30,806 nucleotides of DNA from Bacteriovoracia bacterium (GTDB lineage: Bacteria > Bdellovibrionota > Bacteriovoracia > Bacteriovoracales > Bacteriovoracaceae), in NCBI GenBank assembly GCA_046570105.1, contig JBKHVI010000034.1:1-30806 (forward strand). Direction: 5' to 3'. A program made the translations under genes and the position numbers. Each line of letters begins with the position of its first letter. The stretch's first letter is position 1. Shown here piece by piece: positions 8,536 through 17,738 of this stretch. A model generated the notes under the pieces. It did not search any database and was not told where the DNA came from. It saw only the letters and a list, made by a program, of their open reading frames with translations.

Positions 8536-10266
8536 ATGGGCCTGTCGGAAGAACTGTTAGAGAAAGTTGAGAATCAAAAAGAAAAGATTGGTGAGCTTTT
8601 AGTTAAGCACACCTCGTTGACTCGTCAACAGCTCGATGAAGCACTAGAAGTTCAGCGCATTGAAGGTGGCCTTTTGGGCGAAATCCTTCTGCGCAAAAAC
8701 TATATCCATCCTCACGATATTATCAAAGTGATCTGTCATCAAATCGATATCCCTTATCTCACAGAGATCAAAGTCGATGAGATTGATCCCAATATCGTGA
8801 AAGACCTCTCGATCAACTATGCCAAGCACCATGAAATTTTGCCCATATTAGAAACTGAGTACACAGTTACAGTGGCGATTTCAAATCCGTTCAACTTTAA
8901 TGCCGTCAATGATTTACACGCGACATTTAAAAAAGAAATTCGCACCGTCGTAACCACTCCCCTACGTATTCAGGACGCTATCAACCGCGTTTACGAGAAG
9001 GCCAACCGAAATCTGGTAAACGATATTGGTGATGAAGAATTCGAAGAGAATCTTGATCTCGATGGCCCCATTGATATCTTGGACGCCACCGCAGATGAAG
9101 CTCCGGTTATTCGTTTCGTGAACTCAATTATCTTCCGTGCGGTTAAAGAGCGTGCCTCAGATATTCATATTGAGCCCTATGACAAAGAAACGGTGTATCG
9201 CTTCCGCGTCAACGGAGTGATGCAAGAAATTCTTCGTCAGCCTAAGCGAACGCACGCTGCCGTCTCTTCCCGTATTAAAGTTATGGCAAAGCTTGATATT
9301 GCCGAGAAACGTCTTCCGCAAGATGGACGTATTAAAATCAAAATCGCTGGTAAAGATATCGATATTCGTCTCTCGACCATTCCGATTCAGGCGGGCGAAC
9401 GTATCGTTATGCGTATTCTTGAGAAGACCAACACCGTTCTGCGCCTAGAGAACTTAGGTTTTCGCGGACGTGTACTCGACGGCCTAATCGAACTCTCAGG
9501 CCACAAGCACGGTGTTCTTTATGTGACGGGTCCAACCGGTCACGGTAAAACGACAACTCTCTTTGCGGTTTTAGAACGCATTAATACTCCCGACAAAATG
9601 ATTATCACGGTAGAAGACCCGGTCGAATATGAGTTGGCCGGTATTTCGCAAATCCAAGTGAATCATAAAATTGATCTCTCGTTTGCGATTGCACTACGCT
9701 CGATTCTTCGTCAAAACCCAGACGTGGTGATGGTGGGTGAAACGCGCGATAAAGAAACCGCTGAAATGGCGATTAACGCCTCCCTTACCGGTCACTTCGT
9801 GCTTTCCACTCTTCACACCAATGATGCCTCATCAGCACCGACTCGTTTGATTGATATGGGTGTGCAGCCCTTCTTGATCTCATCATCACTGGTGGGAATT
9901 CTCGCGCAACGACTTGTACGCACACTTTGCTCAAGCTGTAAGCAGCCAGCGGTCTTGGGTGAATACGAAAAAGTCGCTCTCGAATTAGATAAAACTCCTC
10001 GCGATGCCACCATCTACAAAGCGGTTGGCTGTCCGAAATGTCATGGCTCAGGTTATGCGGGACGAACTGTCGTTTCGGAATTGTTGCTGATCAATGATGA
10101 AATCCGCGCGCTCATTATTCAAAAGACTGATGCGGCCACTATTAAAAAAGCGGCTATTCGCTCAGGTATGCGCACGCTACGCCAAGATGCGCTGGATAAA
10201 GTGTTTGAAGGAATGACTTCAGTCGAAGAAATTTTAAGAGCGATTAACTCAGAGGAGACTGAGTAA
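8536..10266 (+). CDS. gspE: Type II secretion system ATPase
   Basis: ASDIHIEP, LDIAEKRLPQDGR, Walker A GPTGHGKT, TVEDPVE, LRQNPDVVMVGETRD, TGHFVLSTLHTN, CxxC...CxxC zinc motif. Confidence 0.96.
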   Translation: MGLSEELLEKVENQKEKIGELLVKHTSLTRQQLDEALEVQRIEGGLLGEILLRKNYIHPHDIIKVICHQIDIPYLTEIKVDEIDPNIVKDLSINYAKHHEILPILETEYTVTVAISNPFNFNAVNDLHATFKKEIRTVVTTPLRIQDAINRVYEKANRNLVNDIGDEEFEENLDLDGPIDILDATADEAPVIRFVNSIIFRAVKERASDIHIEPYDKETVYRFRVNGVMQEILRQPKRTHAAVSSRIKVMAKLDIAEKRLPQDGRIKIKIAGKDIDIRLSTIPIQAGERIVMRILEKTNTVLRLENLGFRGRVLDGLIELSGHKHGVLYVTGPTGHGKTTTLFAVLERINTPDKMIITVEDPVEYELAGISQIQVNHKIDLSFAIALRSILRQNPDVVMVGETRDKETAEMAINASLTGHFVLSTLHTNDASSAPTRLIDMGVQPFLISSSLVGILAQRLVRTLCSSCKQPAVLGEYEKVALELDKTPRDATIYKAVGCPKCHGSGYAGRTVVSELLLINDEIRALIIQKTDAATIKKAAIRSGMRTLRQDALDKVFEGMTSVEEILRAINSEETE

Positions 10267-10267
10267 G

Positions 10268-11485
10268 ATGCCCATTTATAATTACAAGGGCCTCGATCGT
10301 ACCGGCAAGGAAGTCAAAGGTACTCTCAACATTGACTCGATCATCTCCGCCAAACAAAAGATTCGCTCATCAGGCGTGATGCTCGTAGATATTCGTGAGC
10401 AACGCTCACAAGCTGCCGGCGGTGGTGGCTCAATGATGGCGCGCTTTCAAGGGCGTGTGACAGTAGAAGATCTCGCACTCATGACTCGCCAGTTTGCCAC
10501 TCTGATTAAAGCGAAAATTCCCGTTGCTGAGGCACTCTCCGCCCTGGTTGAGCAAGTTGATAATGAAACGCTTCGAATCGTCATGTCAGAAGTTCGCCAA
10601 AAAGTGAACGAAGGTGCCTCTCTCGCAGATGCCCTTGGCGGTCATCCCAAAATTTTCACTAGTGTCTATGCCAATATGGTGAGTGCTGGTGAAGCCTCAG
10701 GTACTTTAGAAATTGTACTTCTACGTTTGGCGGATTTTACTGAAGGCCAAATGAAGCTTAGAAATAAAATCAAAGGCGCCATGACCTATCCGGTGATTAT
10801 GGGCTTTTTTGGTTTTCTGATGATGAACGTTATTTTTATTTTTGTTATTCCCAAAATCGCCAAGATTTTCGTTTCCATGAAAAAAGAGCTCCCCCTCCAA
10901 ACCAAGATCACCATTTGGATTTCTGATTTTATGCAGAATTACTGGTGGGCGGTCATTATGGCGATGATTGGGACTTGGTACTTAGTGAAGCGTTATATTG
11001 CAACGCCAAAGGGCGAAGCTCAATGGCATGCGCTGCAACTCAAGCTTCCTATCGTGGGTCTGTTGATAAAAATGATCAACGTAAGTCGTTTTTGCAGCAC
11101 CCTTGCCACACTGCTTAACTCGGGTGTTCCCATTCTCACAGCGATGACGATTGTTAAAAATCTCGTGCCTAACGTTCACATGAAAGATGCTATCGAGAAG
11201 GCCCGTATTTCCGTCTCAGAGGGTGCTACGCTGACTGGTCCACTGATTGCATCAGGTCATTTCCCAGCTCTCGTGACCCATATGATTCGCCTAGGAGAAA
11301 AGTCAGGTGAACTCGAACCGATGCTTAAAATCGTTTCAGAAAACTACGAGGACCAGGTAGAATCCAAAATCGGTGGATTGACCTCAGTTCTAGAACCCAT
11401 CATGATGATTATGCTGGGTCTAGGGGTGGCTTTCATCGTATTTGCCGTTGTTGTTCCGATGATGAGCCTCAACAGCGTCCGCTAA
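10268..11485 (+). CDS. gspF: Type II secretion system inner-membrane platform protein F
   Basis: AGEASGTL, AMTYP, GEKSGELEPML, LEPIMM; three TM segments. Confidence 0.95.
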   Translation: MPIYNYKGLDRTGKEVKGTLNIDSIISAKQKIRSSGVMLVDIREQRSQAAGGGGSMMARFQGRVTVEDLALMTRQFATLIKAKIPVAEALSALVEQVDNETLRIVMSEVRQKVNEGASLADALGGHPKIFTSVYANMVSAGEASGTLEIVLLRLADFTEGQMKLRNKIKGAMTYPVIMGFFGFLMMNVIFIFVIPKIAKIFVSMKKELPLQTKITIWISDFMQNYWWAVIMAMIGTWYLVKRYIATPKGEAQWHALQLKLPIVGLLIKMINVSRFCSTLATLLNSGVPILTAMTIVKNLVPNVHMKDAIEKARISVSEGATLTGPLIASGHFPALVTHMIRLGEKSGELEPMLKIVSENYEDQVESKIGGLTSVLEPIMMIMLGLGVAFIVFAVVVPMMSLNSVR

Positions 11486-11515
11486 TTTTTTCAGTCTCAG
11501 AATAAGGAGAATGTT

Positions 11516-11944
11516 GTGAGAAATAATCAAGCTGGTATGAGTATTCTAGAGATTTTGATTGCCCTAACTCTTTTGGGCCTAGCTGGTACATTTGTCGCCG
11601 GTAAAGTTTTTGAAAACCTTCAAGAAGGTAAAGTTCAAACGACAAAAATCCAAATCAAAAGCTTAGGCGATCGTCTCAAAGAATTCCGTCGTGATTGCGG
11701 CTTTTTCCCTACTACTGACCAAGGTTTTGATGCCCTCATCACTAAACCTGAAGGCGGCGGCCGTGAATGTAAGAAGTATTCACCATCTGGTTACATCGAT
11801 GGCGGAAAAATTCCTACTGATCCATGGGATGCAGAATATATCTATGAGTCTGACGGCAAAGCTTTTACCATTATCTCATACGGTGCAGATAATGCTGAAG
11901 GCGGCGAAGATTTTGATGCAGATATCAACTCGAAAGATCTCTAA
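11516..11944 (+). CDS. gspG: Major pseudopilin G
   Basis: AAGGAG SD, GTG start; prepilin site QAG|MSILE; FPTTDQGFDAL, DPW, SYGADNAEGG..DADI. Confidence 0.92.
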   Translation: MRNNQAGMSILEILIALTLLGLAGTFVAGKVFENLQEGKVQTTKIQIKSLGDRLKEFRRDCGFFPTTDQGFDALITKPEGGGRECKKYSPSGYIDGGKIPTDPWDAEYIYESDGKAFTIISYGADNAEGGEDFDADINSKDL

Positions 11945-12614
11945 ACTCTCAAACGACCAAGGTTTCTCTTTAATAGAAATCTTGGTCGCGCTATTTCTAG
12001 CGGCCCTCATTTTTTTGGCGATCCCCTCTTCTGAAGACTCTCGCCGACACCAAGACCTTCAATCAGCAGTAGACGATCTTGATCGCGCTGTCCGCTTTTC
12101 ATCCCAAGAAGCGATTCTTCGCAACACCGTGGTGCGCTTGCGCGTAGATATGGATAAAAGTCCAGTGGAGTATACCGTTGAGTACGGCCCAAGTGAAAAT
12201 CTGGTGCTCCCTACGCTGATGGATCCAGAAAAACTGGATTTAGAAGAAGCTGAAAAAGAGAAAAAGAAGATGGGCCAGTTAGATGGTCAATTTACTACGG
12301 TCGAAGAGTTTGAAGAGATCACTCGGGAGTTCTCCGCCGAAGTTGAGTTAATGGGAGTGGCCTCCCAGTTTCAAAAAAAACTTATTCGTGATCAAAGAGC
12401 TGCCATTTATTTTTACCCTACTGGTGAGCGTGATGGGGCCCTGCTCTTTTTTGGAACGCAAGATGAGCTCGCAGTACTGGAAATTGAGCCCTTTCAAGAT
12501 AAAACACGCGCCTCCTACTATCCTGCCCCCACGCAGGAAGGTGAGATTGCGAAAGCCGACAATTTCCGAGAGACTAAGATGGAGGAAATCGTCAAAACGT
12601 GGCTGGATAAATGA
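11916..12614 (+). CDS. gspH: Minor pseudopilin H
   Basis: Prepilin site QG|FSLIE plus hydrophobic helix; IYFYPTG motif; follows gspG. Start placed at ATG 11916 because the ORF-track extension lies inside gspG. Confidence 0.8.
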   Translation: MQISTRKISKLSNDQGFSLIEILVALFLAALIFLAIPSSEDSRRHQDLQSAVDDLDRAVRFSSQEAILRNTVVRLRVDMDKSPVEYTVEYGPSENLVLPTLMDPEKLDLEEAEKEKKKMGQLDGQFTTVEEFEEITREFSAEVELMGVASQFQKKLIRDQRAAIYFYPTGERDGALLFFGTQDELAVLEIEPFQDKTRASYYPAPTQEGEIAKADNFRETKMEEIVKTWLDK

Positions 12615-13177
12615 TGTCTCCGCAAGGCCCGCGAAATACCCAAGGCTTCTCACTTTTAGAAGTCATGATTGCGCTTACTATGTTTGCGGTGTTTATCAGC
12701 GCCTTTCTGGTTTCTCAAGGCTACAACATCTCTGACTCAGCGATTAGTGAAGAACAACTTAAGCTCCACATGCTGTGTGAGCAGAAAGTAAATGAGATCA
12801 TGATCAATCCGCCCAAATTTACGAATGCCATGATTGATCTTAAAGAAACGAAAACCTTTGAAGAAAAAGAATACGCTAATTACAGCTGGACCATTGAATG
12901 GAAGAAACTCAAGGTTCCAGACTTTGGAAAGATCTTTGCCGCCAACGCCAAAGAAGGGGCCGCTGGTGAAGATAATAAGTATTTTAACGAAGATAATAAT
13001 GCCGAAAGAAATCAGTCTCTCGAAACCATGGTCTTTGATAAATTAAAGGAAAATATCGAACGCGTCATTTGGCAATTGCGTTTAACTGTTACAAACAAAG
13101 AAACAAATTACTCTTACACCCTCTCACGTTGGGTGACCAATCATGATGAACCGATCCAACTCAATCTTGCGCTCTGA
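12611..13177 (+). CDS. gspI: Minor pseudopilin I
   Basis: Prepilin site QG|FSLLEVMIAL; YSWTIEW and LRLTV motifs; gene order. Confidence 0.8.
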   Translation: MMSPQGPRNTQGFSLLEVMIALTMFAVFISAFLVSQGYNISDSAISEEQLKLHMLCEQKVNEIMINPPKFTNAMIDLKETKTFEEKEYANYSWTIEWKKLKVPDFGKIFAANAKEGAAGEDNKYFNEDNNAERNQSLETMVFDKLKENIERVIWQLRLTVTNKETNYSYTLSRWVTNHDEPIQLNLAL

Positions 13178-14048
13178 AGCTGGTCTCACGCTTCTCGAGA
13201 TCATGATTTCGATCGTGCTGTTGTCCTTTGTCATGTTGGGTGTCGTGGCGATTATTGATAATTCACAAAACACGAAAGATCGCACCGTTCAATCGGATCG
13301 CGATAATTTGCAAATTGAAACAGCGATGGCACGCATGGAGTGGGACTTTTCACAAATCTGGTCGCCGCTTTACTACACTCGCAAATTCCAAGGAAATCTC
13401 GATCCGCAAAACAATCCTGGCATTGAAGAGGTCAGCTATCTTTATGACAACCATCCCCGCTTTAGAGGCCCAAGTCAGGAAGGTCTCCCTATCCCACGTT
13501 TTTTATTGCGTGAAAAATCAGATTTAGTTTTTCTCACTACTTCAAATCGCAGAAAGTTAGAAGACCAACGTCAGTCGCATTTTATGTGGGTGCGCTACTA
13601 TCTCGATGACATCACCATTGAAGCAGATGGTGCCGGTGAAGAAAGAACCACCAAAGCGCTCCTAAGACAAACTTTCTCCGATGATCCCTGGGCCAAAGAA
13701 GAACTCGCTTTTGAAAACACACGATCGTCTACTCTCTTAGAAAATGTTGAATCCCTCGAATTTGCCTTCTGGAGTCCCTCGACTCGTAAATGGGAAACAA
13801 ATATTTTATCAGTGGTGGATGGTGAATCACTTTTGCGTGGAGTTCAGATCTCACTTAAGTGGAAAGATACCAATGGCAATGAGCGAGAAACGATTCGCTG
13901 GTTGCGCCCTTATTGGCCATCTGTTGTTCCACAAGACCCTATCCCTAATGTGAATGCGGGCGCTCAAGGTGGTGCTGGTGCTCAAGGTGGCGTCAACGGT
14001 GGAACCAATGCCGGGACTCAAGGCGGTGAAGATGAGGATGAAGAATGA
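13143..14048 (+). CDS. gspJ: Minor pseudopilin J
   Basis: Prepilin site AG|LTLLEIMIS; LLENVESLEFAFW motif; gene order. Confidence 0.8.
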   Translation: MMNRSNSILRSEAGLTLLEIMISIVLLSFVMLGVVAIIDNSQNTKDRTVQSDRDNLQIETAMARMEWDFSQIWSPLYYTRKFQGNLDPQNNPGIEEVSYLYDNHPRFRGPSQEGLPIPRFLLREKSDLVFLTTSNRRKLEDQRQSHFMWVRYYLDDITIEADGAGEERTTKALLRQTFSDDPWAKEELAFENTRSSTLLENVESLEFAFWSPSTRKWETNILSVVDGESLLRGVQISLKWKDTNGNERETIRWLRPYWPSVVPQDPIPNVNAGAQGGAGAQGGVNGGTNAGTQGGEDEDEE

Positions 14049-15469
14049 AATATCCTCATAAGAATGAATCGGGCGTAGCTCTTATTATGGTTATGACAGC
14101 ACTCTTAGTGCTGATGGCCCTATGGGGAGAATTTACTTTTGAAAGTAAGCTGTCGCGTATCAAGACCACTAATATGCTGGATAAAAGTCAGTCACGCTTG
14201 TTGGCCGAATCAGGTATCGAATTGGCGATGACCCGCTTAAAGCTCTACAAAGAGGCCTACAATATTTGGAGTAAAAACGAATCGGCCCGCAACAGTGTCT
14301 CGATCCAAATGATCAATCAAATCTGGGAAATTCCTTTCGTCTACCCGATTCCTCAGTTGCCCAATGTGGGTGCTCAAGTCAAAGCGGCGATTGATGAGTT
14401 TCAAAAAGAGTCACTGCTTGAAGGTGAGATGAAGATCAGCGTGCAAAATATTTCTAATAAACTGAATCTCAATATGATTCGTCTTTCGAGTCTCAAAAAC
14501 CAAACTACAGGTGGCAGCTTAGGTGGCGCACAAGGTGGAGGCGGAGGCGGCGAAGACGGAGAAGATGGTGGTGCTGGTGGTGGCGGAAATGACCAAGATG
14601 CCAACTTCAGTATGGAGCAACAACTCGTCAATCATCTTATTTTACGTATTCGTGAAAAAGGTGAAGAGGAAGAGAGCTTTAGAGATCGCTTTGGAAGTGT
14701 TGATCCCCAGCAGCTAGTGGCGAATTTAAAATTCTATATCTCTGATCGAAATCCACGCCGTCAGAACTCCACCGCCATTGACATGCTGATGGATAATTCT
14801 GAGCAGCTATTTCAAGAGGCCAAGATCACTCCTAAGCATGGGCCACTCTCCTCTTTTAGTGAAATCTATCTCATTCCAGGCTGGGATGATGCCATTGTCG
14901 ATTTGATGAAAAATGAATTTGATGTTTTCCCAGTGGTCATGATCGATCTCAATAAAATTACTGAAAACATGCTGAGACTCCTGATCCCCACAATTAATCT
15001 TGATGAGGTGAAAGAGTTTTTTACTTGGCGAGACAATCCAGAAGAGCCGCAATTTTTTAACACCCTCGATGACTTCAAACGCTACGTTGTAGAGATCGGT
15101 AATATTTTAAGTGAGCCGGCCTTTGATGAGCAGTTTGGTAAATACAAAGCGCAAGGAATTCAATTCGGCGCTGCCCCTACACTCTTTCGCATTCTCTCAG
15201 AGGGCACGCTAAATCGCTCGAAGACAACTCTAGTGGCCACTGTTTCTATGCCGGTGCAGCCCACCAATACACAAGGTGGTCAGACTGCCGGACAGCAAGC
15301 GGGTCAACAAGCAGGACAACAAGGTGGCCAGACTGCCGGACAAACGGCTGGCCAGCAAGGCGGCCAAACAGCAGGGCAAACCGCCGGACAACAAGGCGGT
15401 CAGGCCGGAGGCGCCAACCAATCTACTCAACTTCTTGATCCACGCATTATCGAACTACAAGTGAATTAA
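14045..15469 (+). CDS. gspK: Minor pseudopilin K
   Basis: SG|VALIMV without E5, as typical of GspK; KLNLN, PLSSFSEIYLIPGW, IDLN motifs; ATGA overlap with gspJ. Confidence 0.88.
   Translation: MKYPHKNESGVALIMVMTALLVLMALWGEFTFESKLSRIKTTNMLDKSQSRLLAESGIELAMTRLKLYKEAYNIWSKNESARNSVSIQMINQIWEIPFVYPIPQLPNVGAQVKAAIDEFQKESLLEGEMKISVQNISNKLNLNMIRLSSLKNQTTGGSLGGAQGGGGGGEDGEDGGAGGGGNDQDANFSMEQQLVNHLILRIREKGEEEESFRDRFGSVDPQQLVANLKFYISDRNPRRQNSTAIDMLMDNSEQLFQEAKITPKHGPLSSFSEIYLIPGWDDAIVDLMKNEFDVFPVVMIDLNKITENMLRLLIPTINLDEVKEFFTWRDNPEEPQFFNTLDDFKRYVVEIGNILSEPAFDEQFGKYKAQGIQFGAAPTLFRILSEGTLNRSKTTLVATVSMPVQPTNTQGGQTAGQQAGQQAGQQGGQTAGQTAGQQGGQTAGQTAGQQGGQAGGANQSTQLLDPRIIELQVN
15278..15409 (+). repeat. Intragenic 12-nt tandem repeat in gspK encoding 11 GQxx tetrapeptides
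   Basis: GQTA GQQA GQQA GQQG GQTA GQTA GQQG GQTA GQTA GQQG GQAG read directly from the sequence. Confidence 0.9.
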
Positions 15470-15501
15470 GCGGAAATATCTTTCAACACGCACAGTCGCT
15501 T

Positions 15502-15510
15502 TGTTACAAT
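15502..15510 (+). promoter_or_regulatory. Putative internal extended -10 promoter for gspLMN-ispA
   Basis: TGtTACAAT followed by 6 nt and ATG 15517, in the 47-nt gspK-gspL gap; no SD. Confidence 0.5.
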
Positions 15511-15516
15511 AATTCC

Positions 15517-17103
15517 ATGCATGTATTAGCCATTGACGCCGGTTCCTACTCGATCAAACACATCTCCACTATTTTGGATAAGCGAAAAGCTATTCATGTC
15601 GAGATGCGTGAGCACAATATTCTGCAAATGTTGGAAGAGAATCCCAACTGGGGAACGGTGGAAGAAACCACCCGGCAAATTATTTTACGTATCGTGGAAG
15701 ACACCGCTCGCCCAGACACGCGAATCGTAATTCATGTTCCACCTGAATCAGTTACCACCCGCTTTCTTACTCTGCCGGTAAAAAATCGCAAGAAAGCTGA
15801 GATGATGCTTCCTTTCCAATTGGAAGAAGATATCCCTTTTGGTTTGAATGAAGCGCACTTTGCTTGGTGCTTAGAAGTTAATCGTACTCAATCCATCGCA
15901 CTTGTTGCTCTGATGCGCGATCATGAGTTTGCTCCCTTCTATGCCCAGCTGGAATACTGGTCATCACCAGCTTCCGTCATTACTTCTGAAGCCTCAGTGA
16001 TGGATTCATTTTATTACGTCAATCGTATGGGGGGACCATTCTGCGTACTTGATGTTGGCCATCGCGCTACCAAAGCCTACTTCTTCTATAATTCAAAATT
16101 GATTGCCTCTCACGTGAGCTACGTGGGTGGTCGCCATATTGATGAAATGATTGCTCTCACTTATGGAATCGAACCCACTGAAGCCGTCATCTACAAACAT
16201 CAAAACGCTTTCGTGCTGACTTCTGGTCAGATGAATGAAGTGGACGATAATCAAAAAGAGTTTGCTCGCTTAATGGAGCAAGTCTTCAAGCCACTCGTAA
16301 ACGACTTCCATCGCTGGGAATTAGGTTTCCGTGTATCTCACGGTCTAAAAATTTCCCAAGTCTTCTTGTGTGGTGGAACCAGCAATATTAAAAATATGGC
16401 AAACTTTCTGACTGAAAAGTTTGCCGTGAAATGCACCATGCTGGAGTCCTTTGAAGGCGTTGATACCCACAAAGTAGATCTCAATGCTAAAAGTCGCAGT
16501 CGTTTTACACTTGTAAACATGATGGCGCTTTCGCTTCGTGCGAAAGGTCGCTTGATTAATCTATTAACTGGTAAATACGCCCAGGCCGCTCGTGGAGAAT
16601 TCCCTCTTCACACGCTTAGCTTCTTGGCCGTTCGTGCTACCGCAGTCACACTGGTCTTGTTGATAGCTTTGGTTACAAAGCGTGTCTTTATGACCATGGA
16701 CCTTCAAGCAGTGAATGCCAAAGTAACCAACACAGCAAGAAATCCTGCCTTGGGTCTTACAGCTCGCGAGAAGCGCTTGATCGCTACTCAGCCTGAACTA
16801 GTGGAAGCATCCCTGACTCGTAAACACCGGGCCGTGAGTCAACAGATCTCGACGCTTCAAGCAGCTGCCGACATCAAAGCACTCTCACCACTGGTGATGA
16901 TTTCAGCTGCCGCTGCCGGTGTTGAAGCCACTCTTGAGAGCATTACTGTCTCTGATACTGGGGATGTGAATGCGAGCTTTAGCGCTGAAAAACTTGAAAA
17001 CCTCACTCTCTTACAAACTAAGCTCAACAGCCTGAGCCTGCGTGATCTCCAGATCAATGTGAATAATGAAAAGAAAGAGCTCACTCTTTCTGGAGTTGAA
17101 TAA
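15517..17103 (+). CDS. gspL: Type II secretion protein L (PilM-like actin fold, TM and PilN-like domain)
   Basis: LAIDAGSYSIK, LPFQLEEDIPF, VLDVG, VFLCGGTS; TM AVTLVLLIALV; located between gspK and gspM. Confidence 0.8.
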   Translation: MHVLAIDAGSYSIKHISTILDKRKAIHVEMREHNILQMLEENPNWGTVEETTRQIILRIVEDTARPDTRIVIHVPPESVTTRFLTLPVKNRKKAEMMLPFQLEEDIPFGLNEAHFAWCLEVNRTQSIALVALMRDHEFAPFYAQLEYWSSPASVITSEASVMDSFYYVNRMGGPFCVLDVGHRATKAYFFYNSKLIASHVSYVGGRHIDEMIALTYGIEPTEAVIYKHQNAFVLTSGQMNEVDDNQKEFARLMEQVFKPLVNDFHRWELGFRVSHGLKISQVFLCGGTSNIKNMANFLTEKFAVKCTMLESFEGVDTHKVDLNAKSRSRFTLVNMMALSLRAKGRLINLLTGKYAQAARGEFPLHTLSFLAVRATAVTLVLLIALVTKRVFMTMDLQAVNAKVTNTARNPALGLTAREKRLIATQPELVEASLTRKHRAVSQQISTLQAAADIKALSPLVMISAAAAGVEATLESITVSDTGDVNASFSAEKLENLTLLQTKLNSLSLRDLQINVNNEKKELTLSGVE

Positions 17104-17738
17104 TGGAAGAAAAAATTCCACTCATCAAACGACTTGATACTTATATCTTCACTCAGCTTGATGAGTTCAGAAAGACACCAGGACACGCCAAGATTCTCGA
17201 TTTTTATGGCAGCCTAGAAGATGAGAGCCAAAAACTCTTTAAGTGGGTATTGCTGATCTCGACCTTTCTGATTCCTTTCATGCTTGTCGTGGTGATGTGG
17301 TGGCAAAATAGCGCCATTGAAAATGAGCTCAATAGCCGCATTGCCCTCGTCGAGCGTATGCAACAAATTATCACGCAAAATAGTGAAGTCGGTGGACTCT
17401 CCAGCAGTATTGCCGCTCCGACTGCTTTTACTTCGCAAGATGAGTTAAGTGGCCGCCTCTCTTCGGCCCTCTCCTCAATCGGTGTTGACCTTGCCAAAAT
17501 TCGCATCAACGGTTTCACGACAGACGTGGTCTCACCTCTCTTGACTCGCTCCGAGGCTGATTTTAAGTTCGACGGAGTCTCCACTGAGCAATTGATGGGT
17601 CTTCTCACGACACTTTTACAACGTGAACGTTTTCGTATCTCTGCTGTCCAAATCAAGCGCAATAATGAAACTAATCTTTTAGATGGCAGCTTTCACGGAG
17701 TCCACTTTGGTGAAACTCAGTTAGCCGACGAGGAATAA
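17103..17738 (+). CDS. gspM: Type II secretion protein M-like
   Basis: N-terminal TM, coiled coil, C-terminal FDGVSTEQLMGLL...FRISAVQI; TAATG coupling; assigned by gene order. Confidence 0.7.
   Translation: MEEKIPLIKRLDTYIFTQLDEFRKTPGHAKILDFYGSLEDESQKLFKWVLLISTFLIPFMLVVVMWWQNSAIENELNSRIALVERMQQIITQNSEVGGLSSSIAAPTAFTSQDELSGRLSSALSSIGVDLAKIRINGFTTDVVSPLLTRSEADFKFDGVSTEQLMGLLTTLLQRERFRISAVQIKRNNETNLLDGSFHGVHFGETQLADEE

Noticed and set aside
11691..11915. Long N-terminal extension of GspH
   Set aside because: Lies inside gspG in another frame; prepilin leaders are short.
15278..15409. Possible CRISPR array or phase-variable repeat
   Set aside because: In-frame 12-nt degenerate units without spacers; coding low-complexity sequence.
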